64,000 nucleotides of DNA from contig NC_083233.1 of the NCBI RefSeq assembly GCF_032191835.1, positions 9,796,001 through 9,860,000 of the forward strand, in the 5' to 3' direction. Both the position numbers and the translations under genes were made by a program. The notes beneath the pieces are model-generated. The model made no database searches and was not told the origin of the DNA. It saw nothing but the letters and a program-made list of their open reading frames with translations. The stretch's first letter is position 1. Every line of letters starts with the position of its first letter. The stretch comes from Heteronotia binoei. Taxonomy: Eukaryota. Shown piece after piece: positions 1 through 11,652 of this stretch.

Positions 1-248
1 TTTCATGCAGTCAATGGAGTACAGTGAATCATAACCCCCCCCCCCCCCTCTATTCTATCTCATGGTCCATAGCACAGAATATAGGGAGTTGGCCACCTCT
101 GCGGGGTGATGCTACAGAAGGTGTTTTAAAGAGGCGTGGGTGGGATTATCTCCCTGGTTTTGTCCTTCTGGTGTGCAAAAGCAGGGAGAAAGCCCCATTG
201 TCCATGCCTCTTGGGGTCTCCAATAGGTGAAGGAGGAACCTTTCCTTA

Positions 249-800
249 CATAAGAACATAAGAGAAGCCATGTTAGATCAGGCCAATGGCCCATCCAGTC
301 CAACACTCTGTATCACACAGTGGCAAAAATTTTTTATATATACACACACACTGTGGCTAATAGCCACTGATGGACCTCTACTCCATATTTTTATCTAAAC
401 CCCTCTTGAAGCTGGCTATGCTTGTGGCCGCCACCACCTCCTGTGGCAGTGAATTCCGCATGTTAATCACCCTTTGGGTGAAGAAGTACTTCCTTTTATC
501 CATTTTAACCTGTCTGATCAGCAATTTCATCGAATGCCCACGAGTTCTTGTATTGTGAGAAAGGGAGAAAAGTACTTCTTTCTCTACTTTCTCCATCCCA
601 TGCATTATCTTGTAAACCTCTATCATGTCACCCCGCAGTCGACGTTTCTCCAAGCTAAAGAGTCTCAAGTGTTTCGACCTTTCTTCATAGGGAAAGTGTT
701 CCAGCCCTTTAATCATTCTAGTTGCCCTTTTCTGGACTTTCTCCAATGCCATAATATCCTTTTTGAGGTGCGGCGACCAGAACTGCACACAGTACTCCTT
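249..800 (-). mobile_element. CR1 LINE 3' end (ORF2 C-terminus plus tail), 5'-truncated
   Basis: Minus ORF 378..1010 contains [32 protein letters not shown]...[19 protein letters not shown], the CR1 ORF2 C-terminus. The CR1 tail (cataagaacataaga on +) lies at about 249. Boundaries approximate. Confidence 0.9.
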
Positions 801-829
801 GCTTTGAGGTTGTTTTGAGGAGAGGCACC

Positions 830-1050
830 GGATGCTATGATGAAAACATGGTGCCTCTACCAGCTTGCCCAGAACCCCAGATACCCACGGATCAATTCTC
901 CATGATACCCTGTGGGAATCAATCTCTATAGGGAATAATGGAGTGCCCAGCAGACATTCCTCCCCCCTCTCTGCTTTCAGATGACCCTGAAGCGGGGGGA
1001 GGGCCTCCAAACTGAGGGATCCCCTGCCCCCACCTGGGGATTGGCAACCC
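830..1050. mobile_element. Partial hAT-type MITE (TAGGGTTGCCA-TIR family)
   Basis: Ends in ...ggggattggcaaccct, matching the end of full copies at 26028-26528, 31360-31867 and 34806-35305. Confidence 0.75.
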
Positions 1051-2036
1051 TCTCTCTGCCTATCTATCTGTGTCTATCTATCTGAGTTGGTCTAGCTAGG
1101 ATCTATCGATCCTGGTTTCTAACACTGAATTTTTATTTTTATTTTTTAAATTCATGTCATTTTGCTCCATTTATATATAAAACCAAGCCAGCCCAATCCT
1201 GGCTGTGCTTCTCGCTCTCTCTTTTCCAAGAGATCTCATTTGCCTTCCATTCCATCTCTGGGAAAGTGGGGCCCTCCGCTTCGTCCTCACAACAGTCTTG
1301 CGAGGTAGTCACAAGTACCCGCGACTGGGTGAAAGTAACTTTATTCTTATCACTTTTTTATTTGTTTTATTTTTGATTTTTGTGTGTGACATCAGAAGCA
1401 ATGGCATGCCCCACCGGGGACACCCCCCCCCCCCCCCATTTTCTGGTTGCAGGCCACTCTGGCCCACTTATGGAAGGATGAGCATTTCAACACAGAGGGA
1501 ATGGCCCCTGAGTTCTAACATTCTAAGCATTAAAGCTCCAGGACGGGTCGACTGCCTTCTCAGCAGTTTTTCTGGAAAGGGCCAAGATTCAACAGACAGT
1601 TTTAACCCTAGGCTGACACACACACACACACACACACCTGCACCTGCACCTGTTGAACATGGGATCCACCTGTATAGATTGCCACCCTGGCCAACTTCCC
1701 GCGGAGCAGGGGCCGTTTGAACACAGAGGGGTTTGCCTCTGAGTAGGTACGCTCAGCTTGATGCTCCAGGACAGAGGTCTGTCTGTGAACCAGCTGCCAG
1801 CGTACAAGAGCTAAGTGTAAAGAAGTCACCGCCTGTACCTGCAACAGAGGTGAACAAGCTCTTGGCCTCTCTGCATTCTGCAGAGTCCCTGGGCTGTTGT
1901 CTACCACTTTTCCTGCCAGGCTTCTGACTTAACAGGGCTCCCACTTGTCTGCTTCTCCCCCCCCCCCCAACTCCACAGGGGTTGTCCTCTGGCTAGTCTT
2001 AGCTTCATAGGCAGTTTGTTGGGGCTTCCCCTGCCC

Positions 2037-2545
2037 TAGAATCATCGAGTTGGAAGGGACCTCCAGGGTCATCTAGCACAATGCAGGAAACCCACAAATA
2101 CCTCCCCCTAAATTCACAGGATCCTCATCGCTGTCAGATGGCCATCTAGCCTCTGTTCAAAAATCTCCAAGGAAGGAGAGCCCACCACCTCCCGAGGAAG
2201 CCTGTTCCACTGAGGAACCGCTCTAATGGTCAGGAAGTTCTTCCTCATGTTGAGCAGGAAACTCTTCTTATTTAATTTCAACCCACTGGTTTTGGTCCTA
2301 CCTTCCGGGGCCACAGAAAACAATTCCACACCATCCTCTATATCGGGTGGCCAACGGTAGCTCTTCAGATGTTTTTTGCCTACAACTCCCATCAGCCCCA
2401 GCCAGCATGGCCAATAGCTGGGGCTGATGGGAGTTGTAGGCAAAAAACATCTGGAGAACTATCGTTGGCCACCCCTGGTCTATATGACAGCTCTTCAAGT
2501 ACTTGAAGATGGTGATCCTATCACCTCTCAGCCGCCTCCTCTGTC
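2037..2545 (-). mobile_element. CR1 LINE 3' end, interrupted by a MITE
   Basis: Translates to [69 protein letters not shown]. Near-identical to CR1 ends at 48868-49300 and 60400-60760. Confidence 0.9.
2344..2477. mobile_element. Palindromic hAT-like MITE nested in CR1
   Basis: Self-complementary (gggtggccaacggtagctc...gttggccacccctg). Flanked by ctctatat / gtctatat (7/8 match to an 8-bp TSD). Confidence 0.8.
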
Positions 2546-2665
2546 CTTTAGAGATAGTCTGACTATGAATGACAGGCAATCATTCAATGGGCACATATGG
2601 GGGACAGCCTTGGGGTAAGACTGCCTGTTGGATTTCTGCCTTTCTCAGAAAAACTGTTTGGAAAG

Positions 2666-2951
2666 TGTAATGTGCTGAGTTCTGAGACGTTTAAAAGCCA
2701 ATAAAGAAGGCTTTATTGGCAAGTACATCACAAAGACATGGCGGGCCGGGTCCCCGATTATATACATCTCCCGGAACAACCCCCTTACCTGGCCGGGTCC
2801 AATCCTGGCCAATTAAACTTCCCGTCACAGATCTTCATAGGCAGAGTGCATTTTTGTCCTTACATCCAGCGACCTGCGGTTTCCCTCTGGTCACCTCTGT
2901 GCGCACGTGCACTGTGTTTTAAATTCAGGGACCGAATTGCAAGACACAACA
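2666..2951 (-). repeat. 3' LTR of the Gypsy element
   Basis: Direct repeat of 6832-7101. Adjacent polypurine tract on the minus strand at 2952-2971 (ctcctccccc...ctccc on +). Confidence 0.92.
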
Positions 2952-3316
2952 CTCCTCCCCCCCCCCCTCCCAGTTCAAGAAACATAGTATTTCAAATAAG
3001 CCAGTGGCCTTCATTCCCTGCTCGACCTCCTAGGTTCGCTCTGGGGAGCCAGAGCGGCTGCTGTTGCTGGTTCCTCATTGTGGGGCAAAGCCAGAAGAGC
3101 GCTGGTGCCTGCAGCCGCTCCGGGGGCTCCCCTTGCCCCCCCACTGGGGTGGGGTTGCTCCAGCCATTGTGGGGCCCCTCCGCCACAGGGCTGGCGAGGC
3201 CGGCACCGGCTGGGTGGTTTCTGGCGGCATGACCGCTATCACCCTGCTCCCTCCGGCTCTGCTGGTTCTTCCGGCAAGGTGCGACGGCGCAGCTGATCAA
3301 TGTGTCCCCGGAGGAG

Positions 3317-6300
3317 CTAGCCCCCTTCTGAAGAGACCTTGTAAGAGCGGGACCTGGTGACCCGCAGCACCCGGGCTGGTAACCACTCCAGCCCACTTGC
3401 AAAGTTCTTCACATAGACCGGGTCCCCTGGAAAGAACCCCCTAGCGCCTTCTCTTGTCTTGGGGAAGCTGTGGAGGTCCGGGGCCTGGTCAGGATTCAAC
3501 CTATCTAGCCTAGTGGCTAACCTTCTACCCATGAGCAGCTGGACAGGGCTTAGGCCGGTGACTGGGTTGGGAGTGATTCGGTTCCCAAAAAGAAAGGCTG
3601 CCAGCCGAAGGTCCCAATCTCCCTGCACTATGCAACCCAGGGCCTCCTTGGTGGTGCGCACCATGCACTCTGCTTGGCCATTGGTGGCTGGATGGAAGGG
3701 AGTGGACCGTTTGTGTCAGATGAGATACCTATTCAGGAACTCCTGGAAGTCCCGGGAGGTAAAAGCGGTACCATTGTCCGTGACTAAGTTCTCGGGGATC
3801 CCATGGGTGCAAAAGACCCTCTGTAGGGCTCTGACCATGGCCACGGTGGAGGTTGAAGCTACGGGAATCACCTCCAACCACTTTGTGTAAGAGTTCACCA
3901 GGATAAAGAATATTTGGCCCTGGTATGGCCCCGCGAAGTTTAGGTGTAGCCAGGACCACGGCATGCGATTGGACTCCCAGCGGTGGACGAGGGCGCTGGG
4001 CGGATCTGGCTGAGACTCTTGGCAGGGTTGGCACCTTCTAACCCACCCCTCTATCTCTTCGTCCCTCCCTGGCCACCAGACATAACTACGCACCAGGGCC
4101 TTCATACGCACTATCCCCAGTTGCGTCTCATGCAAGGCTTCGAGCACTTGCTTCCGAAGTGGGGGGACGTCTGCGTGTCCCATTGCTTTGCGGGGGTGGT
4201 GGGGTGAACTAGCTTATACTTGTACAAATTGAGGAACTGGTTCCACCACAGGATGCGCTGTGACAGGATTTGTGGCATCTGGCGGTCTGGGGTGAGGAGG
4301 CCCAGCAGTGGCTTGTGGTCTGTGGCAATCGTGAAATGCCTGCCGTACAGGTAGTCGTTGAATTTGTACACGCCTGCCATGATTGCCAACGCCTCCTTGT
4401 CGATTTGGGCATAGTTACGCTCCGCGGGGGTCAGGGTCCAAGAGTAGTAGGCCACGGGGACTTCCCTCCTATCTGGGAGTTGGTGACCCAGGATGGCGCT
4501 CACCCTGTACGGGGAAGCGTCACAGGCTAGTATCATTGGAAGGGACTCATCAAAGTGGTGGAGCACCACATTGGAAACCAGGATGTCCTTTACTGCCTGA
4601 AAAGTGGTGGCCTGCATTTTCCCCCAGACCCACGGGACATGTTCATCAAAGAGCCTATGTAGGGGTTCTGCGAGGGCGGCTTTGTGGGGCAAGAAGGAAT
4701 GATAAAATTCAAGAGTCCCAAGAAACTTTGTAACTCCACCTTGCACATGGGGGCCGGGGTGTGGACTATTGCCAGGGTGTGGACTATTGCCTGGTCTTGT
4801 AGGGTGTATTCCCACGGCATCCACTGCAAACCCGAAGAACTCCTCCCTCGGCACCCCGAGAGAGCACTTCTCTCGTTTCACCTTAAGTCCTGCAGTCTGG
4901 AAGTGGCGGAGTACCTCTCGCAGACGGCAGCTGAACTCCTTGGCATCTGGGGCGGCAATCAAAACGTCATCGAAAAAGGGTTGTTCTCCAGGAATCCCTC
5001 TGAGGAGAGAGTCCATTATGCTCTGAAAGATTCCCGGAGCCACGCTTACCCCAAATTGTAACAGCCACACCTTGAAAGCCCCCCTGTGCGTCACTATTGT
5101 TTGAGCCTCCACAGTCTCAGCGTCCACTGGGAGCTGCTGGTATGCTTGGACCAGGTCCAACTTCCCCAAAACCTTAGAGCCAGCCAGGGCTGTGAGGACG
5201 TGACTGACTACTGGGACGAGGTACAGGTTGTCCTGGAGCGCTTTATTTATTGCGCATTTATAGTCTGCGCATATGCGCACGTCCCCATTTGGCTTCACCG
5301 GAGTGACTATGGGGGTCTCCCATGCAGTGTAGGAAACCAACTCTAGCACTCCCTGGGCCACGAGGCAGTCCAGCTCCGCTTCGATTTTTGGCTTTAAAGC
5401 GAACGGAACTCGCCTGGGCTTCAGCCTTATTGGTCTCACGTGGGGGGACCACTGAATACCTCCGGGAATTCCCGGCACACATTTTCAAACTTGTGCGTTT
5501 GTAACTGCTGCACCCTTACTATTTGTATGCCCAGAGGTCTGAACCAGGCCAGACCCAGTAATGTGGTGAGCTGGCGCTTGACCACAAGTATGTCCAAGGC
5601 CCCCTTAAAGTTATTGAACTCTACCCTCACAGTGGCCCATCCCAAAATCCGTACGGGGTTTTTCTGGAAGTCCCACAGTATGAAATCAGCAGGCTGCAAC
5701 GGGGGCCAGCTGTGGGGGCAGAGTTTTCATAGGGACTCCTCTGATATTATGGAGATGGAGGATCCCGAGTCCAGCTCCATTATGCAGGGAGAACCCTCAA
5801 TTTGGACCGACACTTTGACCTTATTGGGGGTGTCCAGGGGCAAATTAATTACTTGGATGCTGGTTGATGCGGTCGTGTGAGCGTCCGTCGAGTCGTGGTG
5901 TGTGGACTGGCGCCTGTGGGTGGTCTTGGTTCTGCAAGTGCATGTGATGTGGCCCACTTTTCCGCAGCTCCTACAATCTGCATTGCAGTAGGGGCAGTCC
6001 CGTCGCTCGTGTGGGTCTCCGCAGCTGGCGCACTTTGTGCTGGCGGGCCTCTCTGTAGCTTACGGCTGGGTGGAAGATTTCGGCCCGTTTCCTGGTTGGC
6101 GGTGGAACTGGTTTGCCTCTTCCTCCTTGTGGTTACCTGACATCATCTCCACGTGGTGGACGGCTTCCGACCGAGGGCTAGAGTGAGCCTTGGTGGCTCT
6201 CTCAAATGCGGTGGCTTCATTGAAGGCAAGTTGGAGGGTCAGATAATCCTTTGTGAAAAGCTTTTGCTGTAGCCTTTCATCCCGGAGGCCCCAGACAAAT

Positions 6301-6686
6301 TGATTCCGCGGGGCTTCCTCCAGCTTGTTGAAGCTGCAGTTTCCAGCGATTTGGTGGAGAGCAGCCAGGTAGATGGCTGCCGTCTCTCCCGCCTCCTGAT
6401 CCCTCTTGTGGAACAGGAATCGGCAGGCGATGATGGATGGCTGGGGTAAGAAATGTCTGGTCAGGAGTTTGACTACCTTCTCGTACGTTTTCGCGGTGAC
6501 TTTCGCAGGGGCAGAGAGACCATTGGCTATCTTGAATGTGGCATCCCCGCAGACACTCAAGAGCACGTTTTGCTTCTGGCTGTCATCCGTTAGCACGTTC
6601 GCCCGTAGGTAGCAGTCGACACGCTCCACATAAATCTCCCACCTTTCGGGTTTGGCGGGGTCGAACTCTGCAATGTGGCCCGTCAT
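3317..6686 (-). pseudogene. Gypsy gag-pol coding region broken into several frames
   Basis: ORFs 6060..6686 (gag), 5727..5957 (Zn knuckle/protease), 5436..5699, 4111..5478 (RT/RNase H), 3716..4183 and 3317..3664 (integrase) are collinear but in different frames. Confidence 0.9.
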
Positions 6687-6812
6687 CCTGCTCGGCGGTT
6701 GCTCCGGTGGCAGCGGGCACTTCTGCCCCTCTGGGCTGCATGCCTTCTTTGTCTCCAGCCAGATCGGCGATTTCCCAACGGGGGAAACGAGCTGCCCGCT
6801 GACCCAGCTAGG

Positions 6813-6830
6813 ATCCCATCCTCATCACCA
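6813..6830 (-). promoter_or_regulatory. Primer-binding site, probably tRNA-Ser(GCT)
   Basis: Minus strand reads TGGTGATGAGGATGGGAT just inside the 5' LTR. It complements the vertebrate tRNA-Ser(GCT) 3' end (...ATCCCATCCTCGTCGCCA, recalled) apart from two CpG-type transitions. Confidence 0.7.
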
Positions 6831-6831
6831 G

Positions 6832-7101
6832 TGTAATGTACTGAGTTCTGAGATGTTTAGAAGGCAACTTGCTTTATTAGCGAGTACATCACAAAGACAA
6901 CATGGAGGGGCCGGATGCCTGATTATATACATCTCCCGAAACAACCCCCTTACCTGGCCGGGTCCAATCCTGGCCAGTTATGCTTCCTGCCACAGATCTT
7001 CATAGGCGGAGTGCATTTTCGTCCTTACGTCCGGCGACCTGCGGTTTCCCACTGGTCACCTCTGTGTTGTAAATTCAGGGACCGAATTGCAAGACACAAC
7101 A
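6832..7101 (-). repeat. 5' LTR of the Gypsy element
   Basis: TGTAATG...CACAACA on +. Homologous to 2666-2951 with substitutions and indels. Confidence 0.92.
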
Positions 7102-7513
7102 AAGTCAGTAGACTGACTCAAAGGCAAGCCCTTCTGGGCTCAATGGATGGGACTCATACATAAGAAGGCTTGGAGTTCAGCCTTTATAGCCATATCCCAT
7201 ACATGTTGGCCTGGAAGCAGCAAGAAAATGTGTGGCTTGGTCACATATGCTAAATATTGGACACAGAGATGTGTTCCCAAGTAATTATCCCAATGAGCAG
7301 GTGGTTATCAAGCAGGGAGCTCTGCTCACCATCCTAGGGCTTCCTTCTGAGTGAACACACGCTGGTTTGTTACTTCGGTGCACACATAGCTGGTGTGGAG
7401 CTCTCCCCAGTGAATGGATGACTGAAGCTGGAAAGGGCTAGTTGTCCTGGTGGGTCCATCACAGCTGGAGCAGGTGAGGGTGGTTTGTGGAGATCTTGGG
7501 GATGGTCCAGAGG

Positions 7514-7546
7514 CCAATTAGGAACATCAGTTGGGGCTGCATAAAA
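7514..7546 (+). promoter_or_regulatory. Putative ShL-1 core promoter (CCAAT 7514, CATAAAA 7540)
   Basis: Same arrangement relative to the ATG (about 45-90 nt upstream) as the TATA boxes of the other paralogs. Confidence 0.45.
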
Positions 7547-7621
7547 CCTGGCTGGCTAGAGCCATCTTTTGGGTGTTTTGTTGGGCCTTTCTTTTAGGGG
7601 GAGAGGGTGTCTTTGTGAGTT

Positions 7622-7937
7622 ATGGGGCGTGGGGGTCTGTATGTTCTTGTCCTCTTGGGTCTGTTTGTGGTTGCAACTGAAAGCAACAAGGCTGCTGGGG
7701 CTGGCTGCTGGGTGAAGGGGAACAATATGACCATCCACCCTCAACAATGCCCAGCAGAGTTTCCGGATGCAGACCCCAGGTTTTGCTGCCGCCTTTGCTA
7801 TGGTCCCAACTGCTGCATGCCCAGGAGGCCCCGGGTGAACCAAGACAAGTGTCCCCCTATGGCCCGGCTGTATTGGCCTATCCGAGATCGCAGAGCAGCC
7901 CCTGATCCGGAGATTAGAGGGACTCGAAAATGGGAAG
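7622..7937 (+). CDS. Shisa-like gene ShL-1, exon 1 (signal peptide + 8-Cys domain)
   Basis: MGRGGLYVLVLLGLFVVATES signal-like N-terminus, then C-x13-CP-x10-CC-x2-C-x4-CC-x11-CP. Donor GAAG|GTAAGA at 7937/7938, phase 1. Confidence 0.85.
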
Positions 7938-8469
7938 GTAAGATGGCTTCCGTGTTCTTGTAATTGTTGAAGTTGTTTAAGCTAGGGAACTCTGATTTTA
8001 TTCGGGGGCTTCATTTATTTTCTGTCCCGCCCTCCACAAAAAAATAGCAGACTCTAAATGGGGTTATATTGTCCTTCTCTGTTTTGTCCTCACAACAACC
8101 CTGGGAGGTAGGTTGGGCAGAGAGTTTGTGAGTGGCTCAAGGTCACCCAGCAAGCTTCTGTGGCAGAGGGGGGAGGTGAGCCCGGATCTCCCAGACTCCA
8201 GTCGGACCCTCTAATCACAGCACCGCTCTTGTTTTCTTCCCAAAGGGTCAAGAGTCCTTCCCGCCTCCCTTCCCTTTGCAGCCTTACCGGCCCTTCCCTT
8301 CAAAGATTGCCAGCTCCAGGCAGGGAGAAAAGGGGACAGAACAAACAGCCCAACACCCAAAAGCTTGCTATGTATATATGATGGTTTGTCCTTCCCTTCT
8401 TCAGCGGCCTTTGATTTTTTGCCTCTCAAAAACTGGACTGATGTATAGCATTTTAGGCCACTCTCCCTT

Positions 8470-8672
8470 TAGGGTTGTCAACCTCCAGTTGAGACCCAGA
8501 GATCTTCTGGAATTGCAACAGGTCACAAGGCTGCAGACATCAAACCCCCCTGGTGAAAATGCCCCTTGGAGTTGGGGGCTCTATGGTAGGACACTCCACT
8601 GAGGTCCCTCCCCTCCCCAGAGTCCACCCACAAAACCTCCAGGAATTGCCCACCTGGAGCAGGCAACCCTGG
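8470..8672. mobile_element. Short hAT-like MITE (tagggttg...gcaaccct family) in the ShL-1 intron
   Basis: TIR-like ends. Similar short copies occur near 9500-9780, 18500-18700, 29190-29405, 47085-47265, 49835-50040, 50485-50695 and 55990-56175. Confidence 0.6.
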
Positions 8673-9044
8673 GGGGCAAGAGACCCCCCCCCCATGCTAA
8701 GTTTGACGCACTAGCCATGGTTCAGTGGCAGAGCCTCTGCTTGGCATGCAAAAGCCCCCTCCCCCCGCCCCCACACAGTGCCTGGCCTCTGGAGTAGGAA
8801 GGATCAGGCCCAAGACCTCGTTTCTGCCTGCAGGGGAGACAGTGCAGGCCTTTTGCACAGGAAGGATTCTGCCCTTGGATCCGGGAGGGCTGCCAGCTCT
8901 GGGATGGTTTGGAGGCGGAGCCTGGAGATGGGGGAAGGTTGGAGGGAGGGACTTCCGCAGGATAGAATGCCCCTGAGTCCACCTTCCAAAGCAGCCGCTT
9001 TCCCCCAGGTAACCCAAAAAGAGTAACGTGGAAAATGGAGCAGG

Positions 9045-9499
9045 TAGAAAGCACTAAAGCATCCACGATAAGCCAGCCTCAAGAATAAATAATTTCTATT
9101 CATATACAAAACATAGAAACCTTGTGCCGTTGTTACTCTGCGGAAAGGATTGAGCTATTGCCATGTATAATGTTATAAAAGATACTGAAGCTTGTAGAAG
9201 CCATGTGTGAAACAGTGCCCTGTGGCGTCAACGTGGCTTGCTGTCGTAATGATCTACACCGGTTACTTCTAGAGAAGAACTGGAGCATTGCTCTCTGTCT
9301 TCATGGCTTGTCTTATCACATTCCGGACCCTTCTCTACGAAAACAAGAACTTTTATTGTGAACTTTGAACTTACGGGACTCGGATGTGATATCATTGCAC
9401 CTTTGTAATAATTATCGCACAAGGTTTCTGTGTTTTGTATATGAATAGAAATTATTTATTCTTGAGGCTGGTTTATCGTGGATACTTTAGTGCTTTCTA
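9045..9499. mobile_element. Non-autonomous DNA transposon with 83-bp terminal inverted repeats
   Basis: 9045-9127 and 9417-9499 are reverse complements (3 mismatches). Termini are TAG...CTA, flanked by AGG on both sides. Confidence 0.85.
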
Positions 9500-9899
9500 A
9501 GGCTGCCAGATCCCCCGGCCGGTGATGGGGGTAGAGCGGGTGGATCCAGGTTGGGGAGATCCTGGAGATCTGTGGGCGGAGCCTGGGAGGTAGAATGTTA
9601 CGCAGCCCCCCACCCCACCCCCAGCGGGCATTTCCTTCCCTTGGGAACTGGTCTCTTGGTCTGGAGGTCCCCAGGTCCCACCTGCAGGCTGGCATTCCTG
9701 TCTCCTGGGGAGCTGATCTTGGCCATCTGGAGATCAATTTTATCAAGGGGGCATCTCTCAGGGCCACCTGGAGTTTGGCAAGGGGTGTTTTTGCAGGGGG
9801 TGGGGGGTGGTGACGGTATCAAAGGGAGGTGAAAAATGCAAGGGACTGGGTTGGGGTGTCTGCAAGGGTGATTGACACGGGCTTTCTTTCTGTTTTCAG

Positions 9900-10813
9900 T
9901 TTTGTGTTATCTTGGCATCCTCATTGGACTTTTGGCACTGGCTGTCATCTTTACAGCCACCAACTGCTACCGACATTGCAAAAGGTGCTTGAAATTCTGC
10001 TGGAAACTCTGCCTCAGAGAGGAACAGGCCCAACCCAGAGTCAACATCCCGTCTTCCAGGGTCCTTTTTCACAACCCTCCAAGGTCCAACGATCTCTCTG
10101 ACTTCCTTCTTCAACCCTATACTATACCTAGGGGAGACCCACCACCATACTCTCTGGTAGACCCTCAAAGAACCCGTGACTTGCCACCCCCATATCCTGG
10201 ACAATCTGCAGAAGACCCTCAAGGAATCCGTAACTTGACACTGCCATATTCTGAAGGACCTGTGGTGGCATTCCACCATTCAAGATCTCAAGCACAAGAT
10301 GATACGGTGGTCCTCTTCCCTGTGCTGGTGGCCCCACCAGAGGCAGCTGCATCTGGTGGTGTCCCAAAGGAGGTGTCCGTGACTGGCAGTGCCCCAGACA
10401 AGGTGGACAAGCTGGAGGCGGCTGCAACTGGCACTGCCCGGGAGGAGGTGGACTGGCCAGAGGTGGCTGCAACTGGCGGTGCCCCAGAGGAGGTGGACTG
10501 GCCAGAAGCGGCTGCAACTGGAGGTGCCCCAGAGGAGGTGGACTGGCCAGAGGCGGCTGCAACTGGCGGTGCCCCAGAGGAGGTGAACTGGCCAGAGGCG
10601 GCTGCAACTGGCATTGTCCGGGAGAAGGTGGACTGGCCAGGGGTGGCTGCAACTGGCACTGCCCGCGAGGAGGTGGACTGGCCAGAGGCGGCTGCAACTG
10701 GCGGTGCCCCAGAGGAGGTGGACTGGCCAGAGGTGGCTGCTTCTGGCGGTGCCCCTAAGGATGCAGACTTGGAGGTAGTGGTTTCTGGTGGTGCCCCCAA
10801 ACTTCCAGAATAA
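9900..10813 (+). CDS. Shisa-like gene ShL-1, exon 2 (TM helix, Cys cluster, PPPY motifs, acidic repeat tail)
   Basis: Acceptor ctttctttctgttttcAG| at 9899, phase 1, joins exon 1 in frame (G+TT = Val). TM VLCYLGILIGLLALAVIF, then CYRHCKRCLKFCWKLC, DPPPYS and LPPPYP. TAA at 10811-10813. Confidence 0.85.
10396..10790 (+). repeat. In-frame 45-bp coding minisatellite, about 8-9 units (EEVDWPEAAATGGAP)
   Basis: Repeated gaggaggtggactggccagaggcggctgcaactggcggtgcccca with no frame-breaking indels. Confidence 0.95.
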
Positions 10814-10823
10814 TCAGGATGCC

Positions 10824-11008
10824 CAGGGCTTTTGTTGGTAGCAGGAACTCTTTTGCATATTAGGTCACACACCCCTGATTTAGCCAATCCTCCAAGAGCT
10901 TACAGTAGGTCCTGTAAAAAGAGCCCTGTAAGCACTTGGAGGATTGGCTACATCAGGGGGGTGTAGCCTCATATGCAAAGGAGTTCCTGCTACCAAAAAA
11001 AAGCCCTG
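10824..11008. mobile_element. Palindromic hAT-like MITE in the ShL-1 3' UTR
   Basis: cagggcttt...aaagccctg termini with internal inverted symmetry. Flanks are aggatgcc / aggacacc (6/8 match to an 8-bp TSD). Confidence 0.75.
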
Positions 11009-11646
11009 AGGACACCAGTAACCAACTTGCAGACTTGTTTTAATGGAGAGGCTAGAAATCCTGCCTGCTGCCTAACTGTGGCTTGCTTTTAGGGTCAAGA
11101 AAATAGAGTCATCACTGATGCTTCTTTTAGGTTTTAAGGGGTTTTTCCATGATTCTGCTTTTAGGCTTAAGGGTCTTTGTTTTTCCCTGTGATCATGCTT
11201 TTTAAAACTTTGTATTAATTAGGCTTTTATCCACACTTGTGTTTTAGTACTTTGCTTGCCCAATGTTGTTGTCCTTCTTGCCAATGGTTGACTGTGACAA
11301 GGGCGAATGAAGAAGTAGCTGAGTGTTCCCCTTCCCATCAATATCACAGCTCTGAGGAGCTGATCTTGGAGATGGAAGCTCCATTCCACCTGGGCATCAC
11401 TGCAGCTGCCTGTCTCTTAAGGGGGACAGAGTTCAAATGGGGTGTGTGTGTTGGAGGATCCATATCAGCTCTGCCCTCTTGCTTTACCATTGCAAGGAAA
11501 CAAGCTGGCTTGGGTGACCCTGAGCCACCCGGGCTGCGTCTGGTGACGTCACAGAATTTTCAGCAATGCTTTGAATGAAATGTTTGTTTGAATTGTCTGT
11601 TCTCAAATTGGCTTGTTCTTTCTGTAACTGTCTGAACCAAATTACC

Positions 11647-11652
11647 AATAAA
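11647..11652 (+). terminator. Putative polyadenylation signal of ShL-1
   Basis: AATAAA followed by a GT-rich downstream segment, about 830 nt after the stop codon. Confidence 0.6.

Larger units (their letters stand above)
2666..7101 (-). mobile_element. Ty3/Gypsy LTR retrotransposon, near full length but frameshifted
   Basis: Two TG..CA LTRs (2666-2951 and 6832-7101). Internal minus-strand order: gag (MTGHIAEFDPAKPERWEIYVERV, Zn knuckles CASCGDPHERRDC / CRSCGKVGHITCTC), protease (LDSGSSISII), RT (VKPNGDVRICADYK, FFDDVLI), RNase H (LACDASPY, YAQIDKEALA), integrase (H..H..C..C, VTDNGTAFTS). The PR-RT-RH-IN order is Gypsy-type. Confidence 0.95.

Noticed and set aside
10128-10887. Long antisense and alternate-frame ORFs (10128..10697, 10288..10887) with Q/P or S/A repeats
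   Set aside because: By-products of the stop-poor 45-bp coding minisatellite on the + strand.
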